A DNA stretch of 64,000 nucleotides from Podarcis cretensis (taxonomy: Eukaryota): NCBI GenBank assembly GCA_951804945.1, contig OX638159.1, positions 51,956,001-52,020,000 of the forward strand. The letters are read 5' to 3'. This document shows, one piece after another, positions 49,392 to 63,487 of this stretch. The translations under genes and the position numbers were made by a program. How positions within the stretch are numbered: position 1 is the stretch's first letter; each line of letters begins with the position of its first letter. A model generated the notes under the pieces. The model was not told where the DNA came from. It did not search any database and worked only from the letters and a program-made list of their open reading frames with translations.

Positions 49392-50158
49392 GACCACTGG
49401 CCAAGCTAGCTGAGAATGATGGGAGAGGTGGCCCAACAACATTTGAAAGGCACCATGTTGGCTAAACCTGATGTAGAGAGTGGACCCTGTTTTCAGCGTC
49501 CTTTAAATTTACCAGAACCAGATCCAGGATAAGACAAAACGAAGTACTTCTTCAGGTAACACATAACTTAAGGAACTGACTGCCGCAATATGTGGCAATT
49601 GGTCACTATCTCAAGAGGATAGGTCCAGCAACAGTGGTTAGCTATTCCATGTTCAGAGGTAATAACACTTCTGAGTACAAGATGAGGAGGTCTAACAATA
49701 GGGCAATACTGTCATTTTCATATCCTGCTTCTGTGTTTCACAGAACCATCTGGCGACTGCGGGAAGCAGAATGCTGAACCAGAGAGGCCTCTTAAGTATG
49801 ACCCAGCAAGCCTTTCTTAATAGTCTTATGCTAAGAGTGGTGTCCAAAAGGTAAGGAATATCTCAGGGGAGCCAAGAAGGAAAGACTGAATCAAAGTAAT
49901 TAAGTTATATATGGTTTCATTCTGACCTGAAGGCAAAATTCGTTCCTGATCACTAGTAGGAGGAATTGTTTGGAGCACAGCTTGAATCATCAACATCAAT
50001 GGCTCAATCCTGCCTTTGAATGGTTTGTTTTCTTCAAAATATTTTCAGCACTTCACCCCCAAATCCCTTCCTGAGTTGTGAGAGTCCATCAGTTTCTTTA
50101 ATGTAAACAAGACATTCCCACCTGTAATTCCTGGTTAAAAGTTATCCTGAAGTAATGT

Positions 50159-50986
50159 TGTCAGAGCTGCTCCTAGGTCCCAGCTCACAGAGGACCAACG
50201 CTAGGCTGTCGTTATGTACAAAAGTCTTTATTGAGGTTCAGTTTCCATTTCAAAGCCACAGCGCGCAGCTCTACGTCTTAAACCCTAGACCGGCGAAGTC
50301 CCGTCTGAGTCTCCTCCCCTATGACACCAGTTTAAGATCCTAGCCCTGCTCCACCTTTTACGCTGCTCTCTCCTCCTCTGGGTCCTCCTGCCCGCTGGGG
50401 CATTGCCCTTTCTGGACTCTTCCGATGCTGAGTCGCTTAGCTCCTCCCCCTCCCTCCGGCGGGCTTTAGGACCCGGTTCCCAATCCTCATTCTCTGCTGT
50501 CCCGCGCTCCTGTACATTTGAACTTGCCTCTCGTGCCAACCCAGTGACCTTCCTCCTGACCGTTACACTACTTCTGTCACTGCTTCCCTCTTCCGGGATA
50601 CTGGCCGGATCTGACCTCCCCTCCGTTGTCTGACTCTCCGATGGAGGTGTGGTCAGCCCTGCCTTATCTTCTCTCCCTGGTGGGGAATGCACTGGCCCCG
50701 ATCCTTGGGACTCTTCCCCCCCCCACTCTGCTCTGGTGGGGAAGCTGGTCCTGATTTCCAACTACTGCTCTGGGAGTCCCTGCTGCCCCCTTGCTCCTGG
50801 GGCGTTCCCCTTGGGAACCCCCTACCCCTGGCCACTGGCGCCCCCTTCTGTGAATCTTCCGATTCGCTGGAGAGGCTCATGGAATCCCTCGGTCCACTGT
50901 CCTCTTCTCCTACGCTCCCCTCGGATTCTTCCCCTTCGCTCTCCATCTCCTCTCTTCCCTGTGCCTCTGCTCCTGAGCCCCTGACA
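50159..50986 (-). mobile_element. Solo LTR (828 bp, Gypsy-like) with long U3 reading frame
   Basis: TGTCAG...CTGACA inverted termini, perfect 5-bp TSD AATGT (50154-50158 and 50987-50991), minus-strand AATAAA at 50227-50232. Confidence 0.87.
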
Positions 50987-53900
50987 AATGTTATTAGCAA
51001 TTTGTTCATGCAAGGACCACTTTCTCAAACCTTCTCTCCATGGAATCTAAAAACACGACCTCCAGAACTAGGGTTCTTTTACTTTAGGGTTAACAGAAGA
51101 ATTGAACTGGAACTCAGTCTTTGATCTTTGATCTAAATAAGATTATACTGACGACCATTGGCAGAGACAGGATACTGAGCAATATGGACCACTGATCTGA
51201 CACCATTAGGTCGTCATGCAGCTTTCACGTCAAAACATGTTTACATGCATCTTTAAAACACATTCCATGCTGCAGGACACAATTGCTTTTGTTCAGCGTG
51301 TGCCTGGCCATCTCCATACTTCGCATGATCACTAAGGCATTCCACAGATTATGTGGTTTGGGAGAAGTACGCAGAAGACAGGAAACTGCAGCCAATCATG
51401 TATTTGCTATATGTGTAGTTAATAATTTTAGAGGTACGTAAAAAACAAACAAACCCTTATGTATGAGCCAGTAACTCTGAGACTTTTTCATGTACTCAGG
51501 CATATGTCCTTCAATTCAAATTGCATGCTTATGTGAGGTATTCACATTAGAAGCCAGCATCTACCTATCCTCTAAGATAATTTTACATTTAAGATAGAAT
51601 CACAATGGCTTTACACTTTTCACAAAGATCTGCTGCAAGAGGCTTCTCCCAGTGTAAGTGAATATTATGAAAATTCAAAGTACACACCACTCCCCAAAGT
51701 GCCATTTTGCTCCTGAAGGGGAAAAAATACACATTGCTCCTACATGCATTTACTACAAGTAAATCTCTTTTATTTCAGCTGAACTTCCTTTCCCATTGTG
51801 TTTCACATTGCTGCCTCAGTATTAAGCTTTGAAAGGGTGGTAATGGTGGAAATCACATGCTTATGTTTTGAAATTAGTTTTCAACCTTCCCCACCCCCCT
51901 CAAAATGTCTCTCCATAAAAGCTAGATTCACACTAGATACATTTTTTAATGCGGACATACATCTTAATTTTATAATTTCCTAATGCTGTTATTTTGCATC
52001 AGCCACCACAAATTACTTTGTATTAAAACATAAAACTGCATGATTTGACAGCCAGCATACAAACAGAGCAGAAAGTGACCTTGAACAGCAGTGTATAAAA
52101 ATACATTTATCACTGAAATGGCATGCTGGCTGTCAGTCAATATATGCCTCTCATTTGTTCAGAGGTTCTCCTGCTGTGAGTCCCTCATTACAATTTGCTT
52201 TTACTTCCTGGGCAAATGACAAGCTGAAAATGAGGCAGCGTCTTTCTTGACCAAACTTAATCCAGAAAAAATTAGACAACAGCTGCAGCCATCCAAGTGT
52301 TACCGTGTGTTCCACAAAACGTTATCTAAAACATACTGTTTTATATACATCCTCGGTGTTACGCGATGCTAAACAGGAGAACCACCAAATGTGTCCCATA
52401 TCCTCTAAACCCATCACATTTTATTAAGTTATTTACGCTGATCTCTTAAAAAAAAAAAAAATCAATGCAGCCTATTTTTCAAGCACGCCAGACATTTACA
52501 AAGATTTGATTTACATTCGCAGTTTAAGAGGCTCACGCTTCTTTTCTGTTTCAGATATTTCAAGATGACACTGCCAAAAATTAATATGGCAGTAAAGTCA
52601 ACAGCACATTTTGAACAGTTATTCCTAATTAGGAGCACTCACCTCTAAGTGGATGTAGTTAAGGCCTGCCTCACAGATTACAGTAAGGGGCATAAAATAC
52701 TTCATTGGAACAAGGGCAGCTGATATCCCTCTATGTGTAAACATGCAGGAGTGTATGGCTGGTGCTTATAAACTGATGCAGCATCCTTTTCTGTAACATC
52801 TCTTTGCTCCCCTAAAAGGCTAGCAATGCGTAAATAAGTAGGGGGGGTGAATCTGTCAGTTTCCCTTTCTCATTTCCCCAATCATTATTTCCGTTCTCCC
52901 CATTTCTGTCTAAATTTGAGATTTCTTCTTTTTATGATGGGGGGGGGGGAACCTTCATGAAAATTCACACACACATTCATGTGTATTTCTAATATTAACC
53001 TTTCTGCATGTGATTTTTACACAGTGCGTGCATTTTTAAAAATAGTGGCCCCCCAACAAATAATATATTTCTGCAAATTATTTTTGTGAATATATACAGT
53101 TTTCTACGCACCTCTCACTAATATACACATTTTTTTGGTACATATTCTCTAGTTGGAGAACTAAACGGCAAAATTCGGAAATGTTTACATTTCAGAGAAG
53201 AGCTGTGTGTTGCCGTTCCTGTGCACATTTTGGGAGAAGCAAATCTGGAACGTTCACACAAAAATGTGAGATATATCCCCCCTCTATGCCTAATAAGTAA
53301 CCTTAATACAGAGAAAAGTAAAAAGAGATCAGTCTGCTTAAAGTAGCAGACATGGTGAGGCATAACACACAACTATTTCGTTACCAAAGAAGTAAGACTG
53401 CAGTACTAGTTCATTCCACACATTTTAAAATGAAGAAATATAATTATTATTTGCAAGCATGAGATATGAATCTACCAAGGAGTATAATTATTATTTGTAA
53501 GCATGAAACATTAATCTATCCAGGGGAAATTTTAAACTATTTATAATTGTTATATTATTGCTTAATATTAAATTTTATGAAGAATTAACAACCGGCTAAT
53601 GTGATGTTTTCCAAACTTTTTTTTTTTTTAAACAAAAAACTGTTTTGAAATATTACTCAGCAGGCACTTAAAACAGAAGCAAACAGAGAACCATGAAAAC
53701 ATGTGCACATCTTTAACTTTTTAGGAAGCGTTCTGTGCACTGCAAAATATAATACTGAGAATTGGCAAAACACCACCATCACCATTATGAATGCCCACAC
53801 AATTTACTAGCAAAATGCATCCTATTCACCTAATCAGACAGATAATGATCTTGAATTTACATGCCCTAGCTGTTGTAAATCACCAAAGACTCCTTTTTCT

Positions 53901-54568
53901 TGAACCACCAATCCCACAAAATTGATGTTCAGTGGAATGAATAGCTCAAGAGCATTTTATTCTTTTCTTTTTTTAAAATAAATAAATAAACATGGAACAG
54001 AAACATGGTAATATACATGCTTATATGAGGCTTCATAATTCAAGCACATTATTCTTTATTGGAAACAGATGCCAGATAGGAAAAAATAATGTTAACCCAC
54101 TTAAGCAACCAAGTGTATTGCACATAAAATCGTATTTCAGAAGCAGTAAGATTTTTAGTTTTGTGTCTGCACACTAGTCCATAAGCCTAGTTTATTATTG
54201 TCCATTTCTTATATAAGAGTCAAAAAGAATATAAACCAATGTGATTTACAGGACTGGAGAATGCTCTATATAAATTTGAACCACGGTTTAACTTACTTGA
54301 AGAGCATATCTGGATAATTTGTTGCTATCTTTACCTTGATCTTTTGATGGAGTTCAAGAAGGCTATAGGCATTTTATATTGTGAATTATACTGTATATTT
54401 TGAGTATTCTGTGGAAGTAATGGTATGTAAGAAATAACAGTAAACAGAAAAAGCATGTCAGTAAGTTGAAAATACAACTATTTCCTGAAATCAAGATCTT
54501 CTGCATTATAAGGACTTCAACAGCCTCACTATGGCCTTTGAGGACTGCGAAATATTTTTTTTTATTAG

Positions 54569-54952
54569 GATCGCCGAAGAATTGATCCTTTTGAATTATG
54601 GTGCTGGAGGAGACTCCTGAGAGTCCCATGGACAGCAAGAAGATCAAACGTATCCACTCTTAAGGAAATCAGCCCTGAGTGCTCACTGGAAGGACAGATC
54701 GTGAAGCTGAGGCTCCAATACTTTGGCCACCTCATGAGAAGAGAAGACTCCCTGGAAAAGACCCTGATGCTGGGAAAGATGGAGGGCGCAAGGAGAAGGG
54801 AACGATGGAGGACGAGATGGTTGGACAGTGTTCTCGAAGCTACCAACATGAGTTTGACTAAACTGTTGGAGGCAGTGGAAGACAGGAGTGCCTGGCGTGC
54901 TCTGGTCCATGGGGTCACGAAGAGTCGGACACGACTAAACGACTAAACAACA
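54569..54952 (+). mobile_element. BovB LINE 3' fragment
   Basis: KLRLQYFGHLMRREDSLEKTLMLGKMEG...GVTKSRTRLND* followed by a CAA tail. Confidence 0.92.
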
Positions 54953-57234
54953 TATATATTTGATATGCATTGTTACAATAAAATAATTTCATGGTTTATT
55001 TTTAAAGCCACATTTCCAACACAAAAGCCAGACGTTAGTTTCTGCTTAATTAGAATAGGCTTTGGGACTGCAAGGACCTTAAGAGTAGAAACCTCCAAAA
55101 AAGTAAAACAGAAGCTGTAGAGAATTGTTTAACGAAGAACTAAAACAAAATAAAAATGTTTCGGATGCAAAGAACAATCCAGCTACTATCACACGCTCAA
55201 GGCTTTGGGCAGTTAACTCCAGCTTGCATGGTAAACTGCTTTTGAAACTGATGAGACTTTCAAAAGCAACTTGTGATGAGGCATGGGAATCTGTCATTAA
55301 AAAAATCAAAGCATTCTGGTGGACACATGGGAAACTCTTGTGTGCCCTGAAACTGCTCTTTCATCCTTATCCACAATTGTGCATGTTCAAAGAAGCCTGC
55401 TGTCCAGTGCAGGTAATTCTAAAGCCAGTTATTTAGAAATTCTGCAAGTTTATAAAGCTCTCCATTTCAATTTGCCAATCTTTAATGGGAGGGGTTGAGG
55501 GGCCGGCACTGTGTTGAAGTGAGGAACATTGCTGCACAAGCAATTTATGCAGTTAATCTTTATATTAATGATGCGGCCAAAGATTAAAGTTATGATCTCC
55601 CAAGAAGTAAGAAGAGATAAGGTAAATGACCAGTCCTCAGCATCTAAGTGCCAAATGTCTCTCCAAACGTCCGCTTGTGGACATTATTCTGGAAACAAAC
55701 AAACAAACGAAAAGGAAATCACTTGTGCATCTGCTTGTACCATCCAAGCATTTCTGGGAACTTCTTTTGCAAGGATCAAGTTTGCAGATTGTCATGTTTC
55801 ATGAAGACACTGCTCACGGCATAAGAGAAAGAGGTATTTGGCTGTAAATGTTCAGCACCACTTAACCCATAAGCTCTGGTCAAGTGTTTTCCCATAAAGC
55901 AGAATGCCATTTTATTTAGACAGCAATTCCAACAGTTTGCAATTAATCTCTTAGAGCAAATCAGTTTTCAAAGAGATATTCCAATAAATTTCGCCCTTAA
56001 AAAAAATCAATCTTATTTGTTTCCAACTCATCTTGGGGGAAGGAAGCATTTTAATTGAGGTCTCTTCTGAGCTCTAGAGGCAAGGATCAAACTAGGGCAC
56101 TAGGATGTATCACTTGAATAAGCCAAGGCAAAGAGGCTGTTCTCGCTAAATTATTTTTGGCTGAACTAAGGTTTTCTCTACTTTACATTGCAGGGTGTGT
56201 GTTTTTTAATGAATTATATGAACTGACCATGGGCTAAAATGGTTGGATATTTAAAATGGGAACTCTTAACCTTTGATGTCACGGACTCCAGGGTACCAAA
56301 TGTGCAGAAATCTATTAATTCCAAAATAAGAAGAAATTTGCAATAATATTGAATTTACCGAACAATATGGAACTGCCAGAAAACCAGTGCCCACTTACTA
56401 CCCACCCTCTTTAACATCCTTTGCCTGGTGCAAATGTGCCTCTATACCAGGGGTCACCAGGAGAACATATGGACCAGACTCTGGTGCTTACAGGGTCTCC
56501 TTCAGCACTGAAAATAAATTGCTAAGTTTGCTTGTTGTGTGTGTGTTTGTGTATATGTGGTGCCTACAGCAGTTTCTCCATCTTGCATATGTGTCCATGA
56601 GCCCCGAAAGGCTAGTGATCCCTACATTGGGAGATCTCTGTTTAATTACTATCATTCAAATAGAAATACATCTTGTCATATTGAAAACTGTGAAAAGGTT
56701 ACTTTTGTTTGCTCTTGCAGGTGCTGGTAATGGTCAGTTTCAAGGACCTTTCTGGTTTCCTCTTCCTTATAGTTCTTAATCTTTGAGAGTCACTCTTGGA
56801 CTGGAAAGCAGTTCCCCTCAAACAGATAACTGTCCTCTGCAAAGTAGGGCATATGACCACCCTACTTCTAATAACAACTATTAGGGCTTTTCTAACTCTA
56901 TAGGAAGCTCTGAGTTTTGCCCTAGGGGCAGGGGCAGGGGGAGAAACCAGATGTTTAGCGGCTTGTTATGGGTCGATCAATTTAGTCTGAAAGTTGAGAC
57001 ACAGAATCTTTGAATGTCAGTGGAGAGTATGGGAAAGGACTGAAGAGAGTTAGAATTGGTCCGCTCAAGCCCAGATCAGCTAAGGGAATGCATGCCATGA
57101 TGAAAAAGACCACTTTGAAGGAGGAAGAAAAGAAAAAATGGACACTATCCTCCTTCACTGCTCTCCAGTCACCCACTCCCTGGCATTATAGCAATAAAAT
57201 GTTAAGGTTTTGGACTGAGCCCTCTAATGCTATA

Positions 57235-57452
57235 CAGTGGTACCTCTGGTTACGAACTTAATTCGTTCCAGAGGTCCGTTCTTAACCTGAAACCGTTCTT
57301 AACCTGAGGTACCACTTTAGCTAATGGGGCCTCCTGTTTCCACCACCGCGCAATTTCTGTTCTCATCCTGAGGTAAAGTTCTTAACCAGAGGTACTACTT
57401 CCGGGTTAGCGGAGTCTGTAACCCGAGGTGTTTGTAACCCGAGGTACCACTG
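57235..57452. mobile_element. Tc1/mariner (Tigger-like) MITE
   Basis: CAGTGGTACCTC TIRs with TA TSD; opposite orientation to 41847 and 48749. Confidence 0.9.
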
Positions 57453-57916
57453 TATACTAGCACAGCTGGGGAAGGCCTTGGGGGTGCAGATTTTTTTTTT
57501 AAAAAAGAGGTGTCCTTCCTCCCGGAACGTAAGGCTATAAAAATCAGTAATAGCAGCCAGACCAATCGCCACAATTCACTGAAAAGCAACAGCAAATGAC
57601 TGGGTGTTTTTCGTTTGTTTGTTTGCTTTTAAACCTTTTAAAATTGACCTCATGCAAACACATCGGTGAAGGGAGTTTCATCACTGTGGTAACATCACAG
57701 AAAAGGCCCCATCCCTGTTCATTGCCAGCTTTTTTCTCTTATGCCTGGAAAAAGACCTCTGAAGAAGATCTTAATGACCAGGCAGAATCGTATGGAGACA
57801 GACAGCCCAGTACCTCCTGTCACTCGCACCCCAACTGGAAACCACATTCATAACAGTCCCTTTGCTATTGCAGCCACCAGCTTGTGGATCTTCCTCTCTG
57901 GAAAAGCTTGCTTGGT

Positions 57917-57918
<2 letters not shown>

Positions 57919-57968
<50 letters not shown>

Positions 57969-58030
57969 CACCTTGCCCATCAGACTGAGCTGCCCCAGTG
58001 ACTCTGGGTGGCTCCCAACATAATAAAACC
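57919..58030 (-). mobile_element. L2 3' tail with (AAT)n microsatellite
   Basis: (aat)n then gcccatcagactgagctgccccagtgactctgggtggct, the reverse of the L2 3' end. Confidence 0.7.
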
Positions 58031-61000
58031 ACACCAAAACATAAGCTTCAGGTGATCTGCCAAGAAATTCTTATTTTGCTGGGGTCAGTGTTTGCACAGG
58101 TCAATATCCTGTCTCCCCATTTTGGTGCCGGATTGTTTTCTCCTGCTCTTGGCTTTATTGCACACATGGGATTTTGGAAATTTTGACTTTCCACCCTGTG
58201 TTTTAATATTATGTTATGTTTTTGGTCACTTTGAGCTTATTTTAGAAAGAAACAGAGTTATCCAAATAATTATAATTTATGGGTGACAATCCCGCATGGA
58301 TTAGGATAGCAGCTACAAGTACAGCTTTTGTGAAACTTTTGTTCATTTATTTTAAATGTAAGTTACATTGTAGTGCTATGCCAACATCTTTAAAAATCGC
58401 ACATAGTAGAGGAGATGGTAGCTATTCTTTTATCATTACATATGACACAAGTGGCAAGCTTCCTAGTTTGGGGGGGAAAGATCAGGATATTTCATTTCAT
58501 TTCTTTTAATGATCTTTTAATGCATCCAATACAAATAAGTCATGATAAAAATGACTTAAAACAAACAACTGATATCAAATAAAGTAATAATTCAGTAGAA
58601 CATAATAATACAAAATTAAAATTAACTCTCAAAATATCAACAAATAATAATTAAACGTAAATTCGCTCTCAACCATTACAATAAATCATTATCAAATTAT
58701 AAATAAAAATAACAACAGAGTCACAATATATAAAAGACCACAATACATTTAAAAACCCCCATGGAAAATGAGAACCACGTTGGCTGGGGGGGATGAGAGT
58801 TGGGATCCAACAATTTCAGGAAGGTCACAGGTTCCTCATCTCTATTTTAGTGGAGATCCTTAAAGACACCCAGTCCTTAAAACCACTAATATTACCATGC
58901 TGTTTTCTCTGCTTCAGGGTTTTTTTCTTCAAGCATACGGGGATGAACTGCACTCTTTCAATGTTGCCCTGGTACTTTCTGGATTGAAGATGGAAGCAAT
59001 GGTGGTACCCATGACGGCAGCCCAACTGACTGCCCCAGAGAACAACAGCAGTGCAGGTTTCTCACCTATCATATTGTTGTACCTGGCTTTTTTTAGAGGC
59101 TTCTTTTGGTGCAGCACTTGTACATTCTAGAGATGCACCCTTAAACGCTACCCCACCCCCCAAGAAGCTATTCGCATAATGGCTGTTTCTTTCCCTAAAG
59201 CCATCAATTAAGAGATTGCCACCCAATTACCACTAAAAGCTGCTTCAAAAATATTCGCTCAGGAATCTGCTCCTGGAAATAAATAAGGTAGTCCGCTCCC
59301 CCCCCCCCATGCATAGCTGCCCATTGGACTGATAAGATTGAAATTGGCACCTCCTAGCTTGCTATGCTGCTTGTGTAGCTCAGTTCCAACCCAGACACAC
59401 TCTGCAAACAGCAGCTACATGAATAAGGAATTAGAAGTGTCAAACCAGAGTTAACTATTTAATTGAATCTTGCTACCTCGAAACGAAAACAATATGGAAG
59501 AGCCTGCCCCGAGTCGGTCTCCCACCGACCACATACATGGAAGACAAGGCTCTCTCCAACATGGAGTCCATTGGCAGGAAGAGGAGACGCAAAGCTGGCT
59601 TTGTTTCAGAAGTCACAAGGCCGTTTACACTCCCCATTTCAAAATGTGGAAATGTTAACGTAGGGCCTCCCTTGTGGTAGTAAGCAAATGCTAGTGGCTC
59701 CTTACAGAATCGGGCCCCAGGCTGCTTAGAGCACATGGAGAGCCAGGCATGACAGAAAGAGAAGCCAATAAGGTTTTTGGGGTCTAAGATAAAGGTGCTC
59801 TCCAACATCTAATGATCTCCATTGGGACAGCGCGCCACTGTGTTGCTGGAAGAGGAGCACAGTAAATACTGACATCAAGTTTTAAGCCTGGAATGATGAT
59901 ATTTGCAGCTTGTTGCTTTCTTTCTTTCTCTCCCTCTTTAAAAAAAAAACTTCCTTTGTCTGAAGCTTGTCTTTCGAATTTCTCACAGTTTAACCACTGC
60001 AGCACCTTTGAGGACAGCTGTGCATCTTCTGGTTATTTAAAGTACTGCACACACTGACGACAATAGACTACTTTTTAAAAGTATGCTTAAAAATCAATTA
60101 TGGATAATTAATGCTAGCCTTCTTTTTCGGTGCTTGCTCTCTTGAAATGCTACATATGCCTTTACTGGGGGCGGGGAGAAGAGCTGGAAGCAAACTTTGC
60201 TCTACCAAGCTGAATTTTTGGCAGGGTGGGAATTAGGGTGCTATGCTTTAACAATCTATGCTCTCTCTAATCATCCCCCGAATTGATGTGATCACACGCC
60301 GCCAACCTCAGCTTGTCTGCACTGCTAGCCCCTCCAACAGCTGTGTCATAAGGCACATCCACATTCCCGCATTGCCGGTCAATACCATGCAATCTGCTCT
60401 TGCGTTGCGCAGTTCACGTACAGTAACGTGTCCCAAGGCATTTTGACAATCCATACAAGATAGCCCCAAAAGGCAAAACCTCAAATGAACTGGATAAAGC
60501 AAAGGAGAGAGGAAGGCGGGAGGGGGAAACAACAACTGTTTCAACCCCTCACATTAAAAGAGGAACTAAAGCATTGAGCGGGGGGAGAAACAGAGTCAGA
60601 CCAACACCACCCTGCTCTCTCCTGGCAGGAATGCTGTGCATTTTGAAAGGAAATGCCATTAAAAACAGTTAATACATGAAGATGACGCTTAGCATTAGTT
60701 ATTTGTTCAAGCAGCAAAAGGCATCCACACATTTCTACTTTCATGCTACCAAAATGTTTCAAATGGGATTTTTCTTGCATGCTGTAAATTACTTGGATTA
60801 ATGTTTATCGTTTGATATGGGGATTAAAAAGGTTTAGTTCCATTGCAGCCTTCAAATGACCCTATATCCTCTCTTGAAAGGCCATTTTGTAAGACCCCCA
60901 CAGCAAGACCCTAAGGGAATTCACGAACATATACCTAAGGGTCTTGGTGTGTTTATGAGTGTGTAAGGTAGTTCTTCACCCAACACTTCCTTGCATTGTT

Positions 61001-61309
61001 AGAAATAATCAATTCCCAGAAGCGTACAAGTTTATTCATAGCAGTTTCTCTTGAGGTCTGTGCACATCTGCTCCCCAACTCCCCATGTTCACACACACAT
61101 ACTGTGGCGTTATAATTAATTTAACCCACATCACATGCCACTCTAATATACATTCAGAGGAGCTTACAGAGAGAGAAATGTAAATTAAAAAAAAAGATAA
61201 AACCAATTTTATAAAATTACACAATGTAATGATGTGTTTGATCTAGATTTAATGGACGGAAAACTTCCTTCTCTCTACAGAAGGCTTTTGATTAAACAGT
61301 GTGATCCAG

Positions 61310-61590
61310 CCTTTGGGGGTGGGGAGGTATCTTTTGACCCGAACGGAGGGCTTCAAGTTACAAGACAGAAGATTACAACTAAACATCAGAAAGAACTTCC
61401 TTATGGTAGGAGCTGTTCAACAGTGGAACGGACTCCTTCGGATGGTGGTGGACTGTCCTTCACTGGAGGTTTTTAAGCAGAGGTTGGATGGCCATCGGTC
61501 AGGGATGCTTCAGTTCAGATTCCTGCACTGCAGGGGGTTGGACCAGATGACACTTCCAATTAGGTCCCAACTTTACCATTCTATGATTCT
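61310..61590 (+). mobile_element. CR1 LINE 3' fragment
   Basis: LNIRKNFLMVGAVQQWNGLLRMVVDCPSLEVFKQRLDGH peptide; ATTCTATGATTCT end. Confidence 0.85.
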
Positions 61591-61731
61591 CCCTCCTCCC
61601 ATTGTTCATTCTGTTTGCAACACTCCAAATCAATCAAAACCACAACCAGCGCCTTTGAAATCTTTGCGCTAGCAGAAGCTCTGGAACATCTGGTCCATTT
61701 CAAAACAACTGGGCAAGTGCAACCTAAAATG

Positions 61732-61903
61732 GGGAAGCACCAAAGCTCAGTGGTAGATCATCTGCTCTGAATGCAGGTGATTCCAGGTACAATTGCCAGC
61801 ATCTCCAGGTAGGGATGGGAAAGACCTGTTTCTGGAAATTCTGGAGGCAATACTGAGCTGGACAGACCAACAATCTAGCTCATTCTATAAAGCATCTTCC
61901 TAT
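61732..61903 (+). mobile_element. Decayed Squam3-like SINE
   Basis: agctcagtggtaga A box, gcatctccaggtaggg body, tataaagcatcttcctat tail. Confidence 0.65.
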
Positions 61904-62214
61904 GGTCCAGGTAGAAGGCAAAACTTTTTTTAAAAAAATCCATGCAGTTGCTTTGCCTTAAGAGAAGACAAGCCCCTTGGAAACAATGTTGTAACTTGCA
62001 AAGGTCACGTCTAGACTAGGAATATAGGTCATCCTTGGAAAGATTAAGGAATATGTTTATCTGACGCTGTTTTTAAAGCACAAGAAATTTGAGGAAAATC
62101 AAATGGAGAAAATAATGCTTAAAACAACCGGCCATAAGGGAGAAACCCATGTTAATCGAGACATTTCTTTTTGAAAATGTGAACCCCACATTGGCTGCAA
62201 GGATACACTTTAGG

Positions 62215-62380
62215 AACATAGGAAATGGCCTTATACCAAGTTCATCCATCTCACTTGGCGTTTCTGACCCTCATTGGTAGTGGCTCACTGGGGTTTTGCA
62301 TAGAGGTCTTTTCCCTTGGGAGTTGCTGCGGATTGGACCTGGGATCTTCTACATGCAATCTTGCAGTTGAGCTATAGTCC
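62215..62380 (-). mobile_element. Decayed Squam3-like SINE
   Basis: taggaaatggccttatacc tail to ggattggacctgggatcttctacatgcaa head. Confidence 0.55.
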
Positions 62381-63229
62381 TAATCTTGTAGGAATACCAG
62401 TGAACTTCTGCTAATGTGTTTCTGCTGTACAGTTTTTCCACACCAGACTAGACTTTGGTTATAAAAAGATTAGGTGCTGCCCAGGCCTGAGTGTGTTGAA
62501 AGACATCATCTGCATTTGTTCCCTTTCTCTCGCTGATACTAGTCCACAAGGTTACATGGACCTCTACTCAACCCAGTTTACTTTTCAACAGAAAAGTAAG
62601 CATTAATTGCCCACTATAAACAGAAACTACTATAAAGACGTATCTTTATGCCTAGGCTTATACTGACCCCCATTAGTATCCGATTCCTGTTTTTCCAATA
62701 TTGTTTTACTGGGTTTTATAATGTTATTTCTGCTTTTATTATACTGCTTTATTGTTCTTATGTTGCTGTTTTCATGCAATCTTTAGAGATCTGTAAATAT
62801 TAAGCACTTTAGAAATGGTGCGCCAACACTTTTCATGTGTTGTGTGATTGACTGCTGTAATGATGACTAAGTATGTCGGCTGTTTCTGTACGCCATCTGG
62901 TTTTATAGAACAGTGAAATAACAATAGTTTGTTTTTACCTGTTAAGATCTATGATCTTGACAATAAACCCTAAACTCTCAACTTGTTGCTTCTGGTCACA
63001 CTGTTGCTGGTATTGCAAAAGGTTTCACCGATTCTAACTATCAACTATTCTAAACCACTTCCAAATTCCTGACTCCTTAGAATTTGGTTCACCATCTTTG
63101 CTCTTTCTCCCTCATGCACACCCTCTTCCTAGTTATGGTTTTCACCACAAAAGGAATAAGCAGGAGCAGGAGCCACTATTATTCATCTCTGGCTGCCACT
63201 GGTGAATCCTCCCTTAATATACTCCACAT

Positions 63230-63365
63230 CAGGCATAGGCAAACTCAGCCCTCCAGATGTTTTGGGACTACAACTCCCATCATCCCTAGCTAACAGGACC
63301 AGTGGTCAGGGATGATGGGAGCTGTAGTCCCAAAACATCTGGAGGGCCGAGTTTGCCTATGCCTG
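63230..63365. mobile_element. Palindromic hAT MITE
   Basis: CAGGCATAGGCAAACTC...GAGTTTGCCTATGCCTG near-perfect arms; imperfect 8-bp TSD ctccacat/ctccatac. Confidence 0.9.
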
Positions 63366-63431
63366 CTCCATACACTACAAACAAACACATTTTTACAGAC
63401 ATTCCCTCTTCTGAGGGATTCTGGGAACTGC

Positions 63432-63434
<3 letters not shown>

Positions 63435-63486
<52 letters not shown>

Positions 63487-63487
63487 C
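63435..63487. repeat. (TC)n(TG)n microsatellite
   Basis: Seen directly. Confidence 0.95.

Noticed and set aside
60904-60946. Short imperfect inverted repeat caagaccctaagg...cctaagggtcttg
   Set aside because: 13-bp arms with a mismatch and no other context; not enough to claim a function.
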